NCBI RefSeq assembly: GCF_964355755.1
Contig: NC_092679.1
Span: 13,251,432-13,315,431, forward strand
Direction: 5' to 3'
Source: Antedon mediterranea
Taxonomy: Eukaryota; Animalia; Echinodermata
DNA: 64,000 nucleotides
In this document: positions 63,770-64,000 of the stretch, piece after piece
Numbering within the stretch: position 1 is the first letter of the stretch
Layout of the letters: the number at the start of each line of letters is the position of its first letter
The notes under the pieces: generated by a model
Told to the model about the DNA's origin: nothing
Seen by the model: the letters and a program-made list of their open reading frames with translations, nothing else
Database searches by the model: none
Position numbers and translations under genes: made by a program

Positions 63770-64000
63770 TCCACAATCCACATGGTATCAATGCCAATAC
63801 CGCTAGACATGGTATTTCACAATCCATGTAAAATCAATGCCAATACTACTGGAGTCATGGTATCTAACAATCCATTATAGCATCAATGCCAATACCGCTA
63901 GAGTCATGGCATCTAACAATCCATTATAGCATCAATGCCAATACCGTAGTCATGGCATCTAACAATCCATGTGACATCAATGCCAATACCGCTAGAGACA
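63770..64000. repeat. ~49-bp minisatellite running off the window end
   Basis: Unit CATCAATGCCAATACCGCTAGAGTCATGGCATCTAACAATCCATTATAG; degenerate copies from ~63470. Confidence 0.88.

Overview
AT-rich animal genomic DNA with spliceosomal introns; no prokaryotic features. A Deu-domain SINE, frequent TAGGCCTA motifs and the GPCR types suggest an invertebrate deuterostome such as an echinoderm (inference only). The right half (31349 to >62036, minus strand) holds 22 frame-consistent exons of a Son of sevenless (SOS) Ras-GEF gene: DH, PH, REM, CDC25 and proline-rich tail, with the 5' histone-fold exons outside the window. One of its introns is a minor-spliceosome (U12) AT-AC intron. The left half contains the right end of a CACTA/EnSpm-like transposon (63-bp subterminal array) inserted into a Penelope retroelement, an LGR/RXFP/GRL101-type GPCR with a decayed LRR ectodomain but intact 7TM ORF, and a tandem cluster of short class A GPCRs (one intact, two pseudogenes). 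Repeats are dense throughout: non-autonomous Helitrons, a 5S-rRNA-headed SINE, tRNA/Deu SINEs, a Rex1-like LINE, hAT-, P-, PIF/Harbinger-, piggyBac- and Kolobok-like MITEs (some nested) and several minisatellites. I found no convincing wholly new biological system. The best leads are the AT-AC intron, the ectodomain-less LGR, the GPCR cluster lacking ECL2 and the 5S-derived SINE. All calls were made by eye without database searches.
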